Shown piece after piece: positions 55,672-64,000 of a stretch of 64,000 nucleotides of DNA. The stretch is from an uncultured Acidimicrobiaceae bacterium. Lineage in GTDB: Bacteria; Actinomycetota; Acidimicrobiia; Spongiisociales; UBA5794. Position numbers and translations under genes: made by a program. The number at the start of each line of letters is the position of its first letter. The first letter of the stretch is position 1. Under the pieces are notes generated by a model that was not told where the DNA came from, did no database searches, and saw only the letters and a program-made list of their open reading frames with translations. The stretch covers positions 3,102 through 67,101 of the forward strand of contig CAYWPC010000010.1 of the NCBI GenBank assembly GCA_964460075.1. Reading direction: 5' to 3'.

Positions 55672-57453
55672 TCAGGCTGTACCTGACGGCGCGCTTGGAA
55701 TGGCGACCGTGAAGGTGGCCCCGCCCCCGAGCGTAGGTTCGTACCACACCCGACCACCCATGGCCTCGACGAGGCCTTTGACGATCGACAATCCAAGCCC
55801 AGCACCGCCTTTCGATCTGGTCGCGTGAGGCTGCAGCTGGGTGAATCGCTCGAAGATGTGGTCGTGCTGCCCATAGGGGATGCCTGGCCCGTGATCGACG
55901 ACAGACAGGTGCACTTCTCCTCTCCCTACGGTCGTGAAGAGCTCAATCGCGCCGTCACCCCCGTATTTGACGGCGTTGTCCACCAAATTCGTGATGACAC
56001 GCGCGAGGTGGTCCGGATCCGAGCGGACGATCTCGATCTCGTCTCGGCGCACGAAAGTGACTCGGTCACCATGGGGCAGTGACGCCAAGAGATCGTTGAG
56101 GAATGATTGGAGATCGATCTCTGCTGTTCGAATCGGAAGGGAATCTGCTCCGATCTGTGACATCACGAGGAGGTCTTCAATCAGCGTTCTGAGCCGCTGT
56201 GATTGTTTCTCTGCCATGTCGATCAATTGACGTGCCCTCGGATCGACCGGTGCGAGCTCAGGGCGGCGCAGGGTGCCGAGTGCCCCGATGATTGACGTGA
56301 GAGGGGTGCGGAGCTCGTGAGAGACGACAGACACGAAATCGGTCTTCATCTGAGCGACCTCGGCCATCCGTTCGCTCGTCGAACGTGCCTGCTCGTACCG
56401 TGTCATCTGGTTGAGCACCAGTGCAGCCGGCGCCGCCACTGAGTCGAGAGTCTCAAGGTCGTCTTCGGTGAACGTGCCAGGCTTGTCTCCGACGAGGAGC
56501 ACGCCGATCGTGTGGCTCTCGACTCGGAGCGCAACAGCGGCTATGCGGTCTAGCCCGAGCTGAGCGACAAGGCGATCTCGTTCGCCTCTCTCGGTGATAG
56601 CGTTCATCACCTCGGCCTCCCCGCTCATGAAGACGCGTTGGCCGATGCCGTACTGGTCGAGGCTGAGATGGAATTCGTCTGCGTGCACCGTACGACCTGC
56701 AACGGCGATCGGTGACATCAGATCGAGTTGCTCAGTCTCGGGGTTGTACAGCAAGACGAGCCCGATTCTCGCGTGTACCGACATTGCGACCCGTGAGACG
56801 AGTTCCGGCAACACCTCGTTCAGTTTCGATCCAGCCCCGATCGTTCGTGATATGTCGTACAACTGGGACAGTTCGCGCTCTTGCTGTGTCAGAGCCGTCT
56901 CGCGGTCGGAGAGTCGGCGGTAGGCCTCGTTCGTCTGCTCAAGTTGGCTCCTGATGCCCATCGAGAGGAGCAGCACGAAGACTATGGCGCCGATCAGCGG
57001 TAGAAGATGGCCGATGAGCACAACGGTGTCGAATCCACTCGGACCGACCACGGCGACGGCGTACGCAGCGCCGGTGATCGCGCCGATCGTGATCAATGTG
57101 CGGTTCGGGACGAGCGTTGCGGCCCCGAAGAAGGTGATGAGGAGGAATCCGACACCGCTCGGTTCGCCTGATCGCTTGACTTCGAACATCAAGACGGCGA
57201 TGTTCACCGCGACCGTCCAGGAGATAAGGAGCCACTCACCAAGGGCAGTGGGGAGCAGCCTGCGCCAGGGTGCGAACGTCAGCATTGCCAACACGGCGAG
57301 GAGACCACCTGCTGAGGCGATGATCTCCATCGCGTTGAAGTCTGGGAGCGTGATCGTCCACAAGGCGAAAACGACCAGACCCGACCACGACAGGATGAGA
57401 CCGGTTGCGATCACCTTGACTCTGTAGTCGATGGTCAGGTCTTGTGTTTGCAC
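55672..57453 (-). CDS. Membrane sensor histidine kinase with GAF domain
   Basis: About 6 TM segments, GAF, H-box SHELRTPL, N-box NLVDNAVKY, and DHGPGI and GAGLGL motifs; GTG start after GAGGA. Confidence 0.9.
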   Translation of the reverse strand: MQTQDLTIDYRVKVIATGLILSWSGLVVFALWTITLPDFNAMEIIASAGGLLAVLAMLTFAPWRRLLPTALGEWLLISWTVAVNIAVLMFEVKRSGEPSGVGFLLITFFGAATLVPNRTLITIGAITGAAYAVAVVGPSGFDTVVLIGHLLPLIGAIVFVLLLSMGIRSQLEQTNEAYRRLSDRETALTQQERELSQLYDISRTIGAGSKLNEVLPELVSRVAMSVHARIGLVLLYNPETEQLDLMSPIAVAGRTVHADEFHLSLDQYGIGQRVFMSGEAEVMNAITERGERDRLVAQLGLDRIAAVALRVESHTIGVLLVGDKPGTFTEDDLETLDSVAAPAALVLNQMTRYEQARSTSERMAEVAQMKTDFVSVVSHELRTPLTSIIGALGTLRRPELAPVDPRARQLIDMAEKQSQRLRTLIEDLLVMSQIGADSLPIRTAEIDLQSFLNDLLASLPHGDRVTFVRRDEIEIVRSDPDHLARVITNLVDNAVKYGGDGAIELFTTVGRGEVHLSVVDHGPGIPYGQHDHIFERFTQLQPHATRSKGGAGLGLSIVKGLVEAMGGRVWYEPTLGGGATFTVAIPSAPSGTA

Positions 57454-57498
57454 GTTGGAGTCCTCAGAGGAGTGTGCACGACACGGTACCCTTCCCTG

Positions 57499-58542
57499 AT
57501 GACGCGAGTGCTTCTTCTCTTTGGCGGTAGGTCGTCGGAACATGAGGTCTCCTGCTCGTCGGCGGTGTCTGTGTACGACGCGCTCGTCGAATCCGGCCAT
57601 CGTGTGATCCCCGTCGGGATTGACCGTGGTGGATCCTGGTTCGTTTCAGATACGACCTCCCGACCGTTCCGAGCGGAAGGAAGATCAGCCGAGTTGCTCG
57701 TACCGAAAGGATCGCTGCGGGTAGGAGACGACGAACTCGATTTCGATGTCGCATTTCCGGTCCTTCATGGACCACACGGCGAGGACGGGACCGTCCAGGG
57801 CGCCTTCGAGACTTGCAACACTCCGTATGTTGGCTGCGGTGTCCTGGGAAGTGCACTCTCGATGGATAAAGACCTCACCAAGCAGGTCATCGCAGCAGCC
57901 GGAATCGCAACATCCCCGTGGCTGGCGGTGCGGCGCAAGAATTGGGATGACGATCCAGCGGTCTCGATGGGTGAGATGACTCGAACGCTCGGTTTTCCTG
58001 TGTTCGTGAAACCCTCGGCACAAGGTTCATCCGTGGGAATCTCTCGAGCAAGTACAGAGGGCGAGCTGAAGGATGCGATCACGAAGGCGTTCCGATACGA
58101 CACGAAGGTCGTCGTCGAGCAAGCGGTGTCCGGTCGTGAGATCGAAGTCGGGGTCCTCGATGGGCCGGTGAGCTCGGTTCCTGGCGAGGTGCACGTTGCC
58201 GACGGTTGGTACACCTACGACGCGAAGTACCAGGATGCGTCGAGTTCGTTCGAGGCTCCGGCGAGCCTCTCGGAGGACGCATCGAGGCAGGTCCGCGACC
58301 TCGCAGAGCAAGTATTCGAGATACTCGGGCTGGCGGGTCTGGCTCGCATCGACTTCTTCTACGAAGACGCGACCCACCGGTTCGTCTTCAATGAGGCGAA
58401 CACGCTGCCAGGGTTCACTTCGATCTCGGGGTTTCCCAAGGCGTGGATGGCGTCGGGTCTGACGTATCCCGAGATCTGCGACAGGTTGCTTGATGCCGCA
58501 ATGCGTCGTCACGACGAGCGTTCACGACTCGCCGTCCGCTAG
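57499..58542 (+). CDS. ddl: D-alanine--D-alanine ligase
   Basis: GGRSSEHEVS, HGPHGEDG, MDK, GSSVGIS, YDAKY and EANTLPGFT motifs; TACCCT-N6-ATG. Confidence 0.96.
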   Translation: MTRVLLLFGGRSSEHEVSCSSAVSVYDALVESGHRVIPVGIDRGGSWFVSDTTSRPFRAEGRSAELLVPKGSLRVGDDELDFDVAFPVLHGPHGEDGTVQGAFETCNTPYVGCGVLGSALSMDKDLTKQVIAAAGIATSPWLAVRRKNWDDDPAVSMGEMTRTLGFPVFVKPSAQGSSVGISRASTEGELKDAITKAFRYDTKVVVEQAVSGREIEVGVLDGPVSSVPGEVHVADGWYTYDAKYQDASSSFEAPASLSEDASRQVRDLAEQVFEILGLAGLARIDFFYEDATHRFVFNEANTLPGFTSISGFPKAWMASGLTYPEICDRLLDAAMRRHDERSRLAVR

Positions 58543-58578
58543 ACATCTGCCTCGGTTCCAACCCCGCTGGGCAGACGA

Positions 58579-58812
58579 CTAGATCCGAATCACGGGACAC
58601 GTGAGTGTTCTCACGATGCCTGGCACGGGTTGAATCTCGGTGACGACGAGATGACCGAGTGCGTCGACGTCGGAGGCTTTCGCCGCCACTATCACGTCAT
58701 AGGGTCCTGTGACAGCCTCAGATGAGTCGACGCCGTCGATCGCAGCGATAGCTCGAGCAACTTCGGAAGCTCGGCCGCTGTCTGTTTGAATGAGCACGTA
58801 AGCCTGAACCAT
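58579..58812 (-). CDS. Lrp/AsnC ligand-binding-domain-only protein
   Basis: MVQAYVLIQT...VTGPYDVIV...IVRTLTCPV; TACGGT-N6-ATG. Confidence 0.85.
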   Translation of the reverse strand: MVQAYVLIQTDSGRASEVARAIAAIDGVDSSEAVTGPYDVIVAAKASDVDALGHLVVTEIQPVPGIVRTLTCPVIRI

Positions 58813-58904
58813 GGCGTAACCGTACCAGCTCGTGCAGTTGAGCGTCCAGGGAGGGCAGGGTCCTGATTGAGCGAACAGGCAAGTCGGCGTGTTGGCCTGA
58901 GGAC

Positions 58905-59117
58905 TCAGTATCCGTCAGATCCGAAGCGAAGGTTTGTCGCCACAGGCTCCTCGGTGTCAGCGACATCGAAACGGAGCCGCTGGCCTTGACGGAGGAAGCG
59001 GAACATTGAACCGTCCAGGCTCTCCGGTTTCACAAGGACCTCGGAGCGGTCGTCATCGCGAACGATGACGCCGATCCCCGTCGCAGGGTCGTACGCCTTG
59101 ACGACGCCCTGCATCAT
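58905..59117 (-). CDS. Divergent cold-shock-domain (OB-fold) protein
   Basis: MQGVVKAYDPATGIGVIV...FLRQGQRLRFDV has CSD topology but non-canonical RNP motifs; ATG overlaps the rpmB stop. Confidence 0.7.
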   Translation of the reverse strand: MMQGVVKAYDPATGIGVIVRDDDRSEVLVKPESLDGSMFRFLRQGQRLRFDVADTEEPVATNLRFGSDGY

Positions 59118-59302
59118 GCCTTTTCGACTTTTCCAGCCTTGATGCAGGATGTGCACACCCTGGCGCGGCGAGTGTTGCTGCCGTGCTTGACACGGATCTT
59201 CTGGATGTTCGGTCTCCAGGTCTTCGATGACCGCTTGTGGGAGAACGAGACCTGCTTGCCTGTCCAGGGCTCCTTGCCGCAGACTTCACATCTGTATGCC
59301 AT
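59114..59302 (-). CDS. rpmB: 50S ribosomal protein L28 (Zn-ribbon form)
   Basis: MAYRCEVCGK...VSFSHKRSSKTWRPNIQ...VCTSCIKAGKV. Confidence 0.96.
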   Translation of the reverse strand: MAYRCEVCGKEPWTGKQVSFSHKRSSKTWRPNIQKIRVKHGSNTRRARVCTSCIKAGKVEKA

Positions 59303-59362
59303 GTGGGGGTAAACCTCCTGAGGTGCGGTTGCAGGGTAGCAGCGGGGCACGGTATTCGACTC

Positions 59363-59384
59363 TGTCGAATCGGGACCGCAAGCT
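59363..59384 (+). promoter_or_regulatory. Possible second RecA-NDp-like promoter upstream of recG (TGTCGA-N10-CAAGCT)
   Basis: Spacing is exact, but the -10 is a CANNNT variant. Confidence 0.35.
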
Positions 59385-59418
59385 GGCATTGCGTCTCGGA
59401 CTCGACCAACATCGAAGC

Positions 59419-61608
59419 ATGGCAGTCGAGGCTCCAGAGAATGAACGCACGCTTGCATACCTTGCCGAGATCGGCGTAGACCTCGTCAAAGGGATCGGGG
59501 CGTCGTCTGCGAGGAAGCTGAACGATCAAGGTATTCGCTCTGTCGCGGATCTCCTGCTCACCGTACCAATCCGGTACCTCGATCGTAGTCAGATGTTCGA
59601 CATCGGTTCTGCCCCTCTCGGGGAGGAAGTGACCATCGGGGGTACGGTGACGTCGTTCTCGAAACGCCGCATCTCGCGTGGTCGAACGATGGTCGAAGCC
59701 CGGATATCAGACGGTACGAGCAGCGTGCGGGTCGTGTGGTTCAATCCATACATTTCACTCGAACGGGGCGAAGAAGTCGCCCTGAGTGGAAAGCTCGACG
59801 ATTTCAGGGGATCGTTACAGATGAAAGGGCCGGACGTCGACCGACTCTCGGGCCAGGAGTCCCTTCTCACCGGCCGTGTCGTGCCTGTGTACGGCAGCCT
59901 CGGTGGCATCCGTCCCGTTCGGGTTCGTGGGGCGATCAGCAACGCCGTTGCGCGGTCGCTTCCGATCGTTGACATCGTTCCCGATTCCATCACACGGCGT
60001 GTGGACCTTGTCGATCGCTCGACATCGATCCACGACATTCATTTCCCTGATGCTTACGCAGCGATAGCACCAGCTCGGCGCCGTCTGATTTTCGACGAGT
60101 TCCTCAGGATCCAGATGGCCCTGCGTGTCCGGGCCCATGATGCCTACGAGTCACGAGTCGGCATGCGCAACGCCGTGTGCGGGGACCTGTTCGATCGCTT
60201 CATAGCCTCCCTGCCGTACTCGTTGACCGCGGCGCAATCAAGGGTTCTCGATGAGATGATCCACGACATGGCTGCCGTCACACCCATGCATCGTCTACTC
60301 CAAGGCGAAGTTGGGTCGGGCAAGACGGTCGTGGTCGTAGCAGCGCTGCTCGCATCGGTCGAGAGCGGGCATCAGGGCGCCGTCATGGCACCGACCGAGG
60401 TCTTGGCAACCCAGCACTATCTCGGAACCGAGATGGCGCTCTTGGATGCCGATATGGCGCCGGCGCTGCGTGACGTCGGTGCGGCAGGCACCGCATCGCT
60501 GTTCCCAGCCGTGCCTTCGGCAGAGCGACCGGTTCGCATCGGGCTGTTCACCTCGAGCAGGGTGCGTGTGAACTTCGTGTCTGGTGACGTCGGCCGCGAC
60601 CAGGGTCTTGCATGGTTGAGGGACGGCACCATCGACATCGCCTTTGGAACCCAGGCCCTGATTCAAGAGGGCGTGTCGTTCGCATGTCTCGGTCTGACAG
60701 TCGTCGACGAACAGCACCGCTTCGGTGTGGAGCAGCGAGTCGTACTCCGTGACACGGTTCCAGGGGACAACGTTCCTGATCTACTTCTCATGACGGCCAC
60801 CCCGATTCCGAGAACACTTGCTATGACGCTCTATGGGGACCTCGACGTGTCGGTGATCGATGAGTTGCCGCCGGGACGTTCCGAGATCGAGACGAGCTCG
60901 TTCGAAGAGTCAGCGGATGACGAGATTGACCTAGCGATCGAGCGTGCAGTCGATGACGGTCATCAAGTGTTTGTTGTATGTCCGCTGGTGGATGTCTCAG
61001 ACAAGGTCCATGCGCGTTCAGCAATAGAAGAGTTTGCAAGAGTGTCCGAAGCTCTTCCTGACGTTCGGGTCGAGCTGTTGCATGGCCAGATGCGCTCACA
61101 AGACAAAGCTGAGGTGATGGCACGATTCGCCAGGGGTGACGTCGACGTACTTGTCTCGACAACCGTCATCGAGGTGGGCATCGACGTCCCGAATGCAACG
61201 TTGATGATCATTCGGAATGCTGACCGCTTCGGGTTGAGCCAGTTGCACCAGCTTCGTGGTCGCGTCGGCCGAGGGATCCACGCAGGGCACTGCATCCTCG
61301 CGGCGGATGTCGACAGCGATGACGGGCGGCGGCGCATCGAAGCGATGCTGTCGACGAACGATGGCTTCACGCTCGCGGTCGTCGATCTGGAGATTCGAGG
61401 ACAGGGCACCATCTTCGCTGGTTCGCAGTCCGGTGCTGCGGATCTCAAACTGGGCGATATCCTCATCGATCACGAGCTACTCGAAGCTGCGAGGGGCGTG
61501 GCAGCAGAAGCAGTGACAACCAATAGGGAAGGGCCGTTCGTTGCTGCTGTGATGCAGGAGTTCGACGTGTTCTTCGGACGAGACACCGAGTGGCTTTCGA
61601 GGAGTTGA
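59419..61608 (+). CDS. recG: ATP-dependent DNA helicase RecG
   Basis: LLQGEVGSGKT, APTEVLA, DEQHRFG, TATPIPRT, HGQM and QLHQLRGRVGR motifs. Confidence 0.96.
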   Translation: MAVEAPENERTLAYLAEIGVDLVKGIGASSARKLNDQGIRSVADLLLTVPIRYLDRSQMFDIGSAPLGEEVTIGGTVTSFSKRRISRGRTMVEARISDGTSSVRVVWFNPYISLERGEEVALSGKLDDFRGSLQMKGPDVDRLSGQESLLTGRVVPVYGSLGGIRPVRVRGAISNAVARSLPIVDIVPDSITRRVDLVDRSTSIHDIHFPDAYAAIAPARRRLIFDEFLRIQMALRVRAHDAYESRVGMRNAVCGDLFDRFIASLPYSLTAAQSRVLDEMIHDMAAVTPMHRLLQGEVGSGKTVVVVAALLASVESGHQGAVMAPTEVLATQHYLGTEMALLDADMAPALRDVGAAGTASLFPAVPSAERPVRIGLFTSSRVRVNFVSGDVGRDQGLAWLRDGTIDIAFGTQALIQEGVSFACLGLTVVDEQHRFGVEQRVVLRDTVPGDNVPDLLLMTATPIPRTLAMTLYGDLDVSVIDELPPGRSEIETSSFEESADDEIDLAIERAVDDGHQVFVVCPLVDVSDKVHARSAIEEFARVSEALPDVRVELLHGQMRSQDKAEVMARFARGDVDVLVSTTVIEVGIDVPNATLMIIRNADRFGLSQLHQLRGRVGRGIHAGHCILAADVDSDDGRRRIEAMLSTNDGFTLAVVDLEIRGQGTIFAGSQSGAADLKLGDILIDHELLEAARGVAAEAVTTNREGPFVAAVMQEFDVFFGRDTEWLSRS

Positions 61609-61611
61609 GAG

Positions 61612-62148
61612 ATGCGGATCATTGCGGGACAGGCCAAGGGCAGGAAGCTCGCAGTCCCTACCTTCGGTACTCGGCCCATGACGGGTCGAGTGCGAGAGTC
61701 GATCTTCTCGATCTTGTCGGCACGGATTCCTGACGCACACGTGCTCGACCTGTATGCGGGTTCGGGATCGCTGGGTCTTGAGGCACTCAGCCGGGGTGCT
61801 CGCACGGCAACCTTCGTCGAGCGTGATCGCTCGGCTGCGCACATAATCGAAGACAACATCGTCCTGGTCGGGCTCGGGGGCGACGTCGTCCGTGCATCGG
61901 TCACCCATGCAATCGATCGACTGGTCGGACCATATGACGTCGTATTTGTCGATCCTCCGTACGCGAAGGGTGACGCATCCGTTGATGCAGTGATCGATGC
62001 GCTCGCCCCGATTCTGGGAGGGTGCGGTGTCGTGATCGTCCATCGGCAGGCTGCGAGCAGGATCTCGACTCCCGATTTCCTCACTTCTACCCTTGAGCGA
62101 CATTACGGTGATGCCATAGTGACAATGATGGAGAGAGCAACGCTGTGA
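61612..62148 (+). CDS. rsmD: 16S rRNA m2G966 methyltransferase
   Basis: MRIIAG, TRPMTGRVRE, DLYAGSG and DPPY motifs. Confidence 0.94.
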   Translation: MRIIAGQAKGRKLAVPTFGTRPMTGRVRESIFSILSARIPDAHVLDLYAGSGSLGLEALSRGARTATFVERDRSAAHIIEDNIVLVGLGGDVVRASVTHAIDRLVGPYDVVFVDPPYAKGDASVDAVIDALAPILGGCGVVIVHRQAASRISTPDFLTSTLERHYGDAIVTMMERATL

Positions 62149-62621
62149 TAACCGTGCTCGTGCCAGGAAGTTTTGATCCCCCAACGAAGGGACACCTTGA
62201 TGTGGTCGAACGGTGCGCGTCACTGTTCGATGACGTCGTGGTCTCCGTGGTCCACAATCCATCCAAGACACCCTTGTTTACGGCGAGTGAGCGTGTCGAC
62301 CTGCTTGAGCAGTGTTGCGTTGCATGGCCGAATGTTCGTGTGGCGTCGTTTCAGGGGCTCCTTGTCGACTTCGCAAAGGAGGTTGGCGCTGCGACGATTG
62401 TCAAGGGACTGCGGGCCGTCACGGATTTCGAATTCGAGATTCAGATGTCACAAATGAACAGGCATCTCTCCGGTGACGTAGTGTCGCTGTTCGTTGCGAC
62501 GAAGCCGGAGTACGGTTATCTGTCATCGTCACTTGTCAAAGAGGTTGCAAGGCTCGGCGGCTCCGTCGATGCCCTTGTCCCTGAACCCGTCGCAGCAGCA
62601 TTGAAGGAGCGTCTTGCATGA
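62145..62621 (+). CDS. coaD: Phosphopantetheine adenylyltransferase
   Basis: PGSFDPPTKGH, KGLR, DFEFE and SSSLVKE motifs. Confidence 0.96.
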   Translation: MITVLVPGSFDPPTKGHLDVVERCASLFDDVVVSVVHNPSKTPLFTASERVDLLEQCCVAWPNVRVASFQGLLVDFAKEVGAATIVKGLRAVTDFEFEIQMSQMNRHLSGDVVSLFVATKPEYGYLSSSLVKEVARLGGSVDALVPEPVAAALKERLA

Positions 62622-63139
62622 TCGACCGTCCCCAAGAGGCGCATCAATCGCCTCCGGTCCCTGGAAGGATCGCAGACCTTCTCGAAGACCTCATCTCAGA
62701 GATCGAGCATGCGAGGACTGTTCCGCTCTCTAACAACGTCATGATCAATCAGGAGGATCTCCTCGATCGGCTCCACCATGCCTCCGAGGAGCTTCCAGAG
62801 GAGCTCCGTGCAGCGCGGTGGATGGTTCGTGAACGCGAGTCCTACATTGCTCGAACGAATGAGAAGGCCCGTGAGGTAATCGCAAGCGCACGGGCCGAGT
62901 CTGTGCGGCTCGTGTCGGAGAACTATGTTGTTCAGGAAGCCGTCGAAGAGGCGAATACGCTGGTCCGCAACGCCGAGAATGAGGCACGGCGAATCCGTCT
63001 TGAGGCTGAAGATTACGCAGAACGGCATCTGAGCGAGGCCGAGACGGTTCTTGGGGAACTCTACCGATATGTGACAGAGGCACGAGCTGAGCTGCACAAG
63101 GCGCTCCCTCCCAAGCCCGAGCCTCCCGTGTCGCAGTAG
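62618..63139 (+). CDS. DivIVA/SepIVA-like coiled-coil protein (Rv2927c-like)
   Basis: IEHARTVPLS...LPEELRAARW followed by a coiled coil; conserved position between coaD and DUF177. Confidence 0.75.
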   Translation: MIDRPQEAHQSPPVPGRIADLLEDLISEIEHARTVPLSNNVMINQEDLLDRLHHASEELPEELRAARWMVRERESYIARTNEKAREVIASARAESVRLVSENYVVQEAVEEANTLVRNAENEARRIRLEAEDYAERHLSEAETVLGELYRYVTEARAELHKALPPKPEPPVSQ

Positions 63140-63177
63140 CGGCGCGTGTTTCCGGATCACAGGGGTACGCTCGAGGT

Positions 63178-63684
63178 ATGACGCGTAGCCTCTTCTCACT
63201 CGATGTCGCTGATCTGATCGGCAGCGATGCTTCACCGCGGCCCGTGAGTATCGAGGTGCACGTCGATTGGGGTATCGACATGAGTCGAGTGACTCCCGAC
63301 GAGATGCTGATCGCCGATCTGATGTTGCACTCGGTTTCGGGCGGTGTCGCTGTTACAGGATCGGTTTCCTACACCACGATCGATACCTGTTTTCGGTGTC
63401 TCGACGAGTTCCAGACACAGCGTCGCGCCGCGGTTGGGGCGCTGTTCGACAAGAATGAGGACGATGACGGGAGCTACCCGCTCTTGGGGAACAAAATCGA
63501 TGTAGAGCAGCTCCTGCGCGATGAGGTGCTTCTGCTGCTTCCTGTTGCACAGGATTGCGGGAAGGACCGCTGTACAATGGCGAGTAGCGCAGAATCAGAC
63601 TTGAATACAGACATCCCGGATGACAATGGCGAATTTGGGTCGCCTTTTGCCGTCCTCAAGGACTTCCTGGAATCCGGGGAATGA
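63178..63684 (+). CDS. YceD/DUF177 protein
   Basis: CFRCL and SPFAVL motifs; upstream of rpmF. Confidence 0.85.
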   Translation: MTRSLFSLDVADLIGSDASPRPVSIEVHVDWGIDMSRVTPDEMLIADLMLHSVSGGVAVTGSVSYTTIDTCFRCLDEFQTQRRAAVGALFDKNEDDDGSYPLLGNKIDVEQLLRDEVLLLLPVAQDCGKDRCTMASSAESDLNTDIPDDNGEFGSPFAVLKDFLESGE

Positions 63685-63702
63685 ACGGGAGAAGTTTTTA
63701 CC

Positions 63703-63879
63703 ATGGCAGTGCCAAAGAAGAAGATGTCTCGATCTCGCACAAGACGCCGTAAGGCTCAGTGGAAGGTGGCAATGCCCACGATCGCGCGTTGCTCGACCTG
63801 TAACGCCCCGCATGCGCCGCATCGCGCGTGCACGAATTGTGGTACCTACAACGGGCGCGAAGTCATCGAAACGTCGTAG
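63703..63879 (+). CDS. rpmF: 50S ribosomal protein L32
   Basis: Manual translation MAVPKKKMSRSRTRRRKAQW...CSTC...PHRACTNCGTYNGREV; below the ORF-track cutoff. Confidence 0.96.
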   Translation: MAVPKKKMSRSRTRRRKAQWKVAMPTIARCSTCNAPHAPHRACTNCGTYNGREVIETS

Positions 63880-63884
63880 CAGTC

Positions 63885-64000
63885 ATGCCCCTGATCGCCG
63901 TTGATGCCATGGGGGGCGACAGCGCTCCGCGCGAGACTGTCGAAGGAGCAATAATCGCCGCAGAGAGCGGTGTAGAGGTTGTTCTTGTAGGCGATGAACA
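63885..64000 (+). CDS. plsX: Phosphate acyltransferase PlsX (5' partial)
   Basis: MPLIAVDAMGGDSAP...VVLVGDE, following rpmF. Confidence 0.92.
   Translation, partial: MPLIAVDAMGGDSAPRETVEGAIIAAESGVEVVLVGDE

Noticed and set aside
1-64000. Mobile elements, prophage, rRNA or tRNA genes
   Set aside because: I saw no transposase, integrase or phage ORFs, no tRNA cloverleaf with TTCGA/CCA signatures, and no rRNA-like sequence.

Overview
A gene-dense, roughly 62% GC chromosomal segment of an actinobacterium. Gene order and content suggest class Acidimicrobiia, but that is inference. It is mostly housekeeping and catabolic DNA: a ChoD-like GMC oxidase (partial), ABC components, cofC, pyk, two tandem VanW-PASTA proteins, mca, a dynamin-like GTPase pair plus MscS, pruA, a beta-oxidation cluster, an F420-dependent LLM enzyme, aceA/aceB with a RamB-like regulator, a Trk-USP fusion with a CPA2 antiporter, a RecB/Cas4-like nuclease-adnA-adnB operon, fabI, ddl, rpmB, recG-rsmD-coaD and DUF177-rpmF-plsX. 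I found no rRNA, tRNA, transposase, integrase or true CRISPR array. The most striking signal is non-coding, at about 49,980-51,585: two apparently paralogous, highly structured RNA genes on the + strand (about 410 nt and 310 nt) flanking a lipoprotein gene. They share four things: tandem CGCGAAAA boxes with a 20-bp period, the same box-to-(-10) distance, a recurring RAW/GGA internal-loop + GNRA hairpin module (4 copies in one RNA, 1 in the other), and a homologous GAGAAC...GGGGTTTCTC terminal hairpin. I cannot assign them to any RNA family I know. Other notable items are a PafBC/RecA-NDp-type promoter upstream of the nuclease-adnAB operon, a 37-bp duplicated gene start that creates a coupled 23-codon uORF, and many leaderless TANNNT-N6/7-start promoters. 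All folds and alignments were done by eye.
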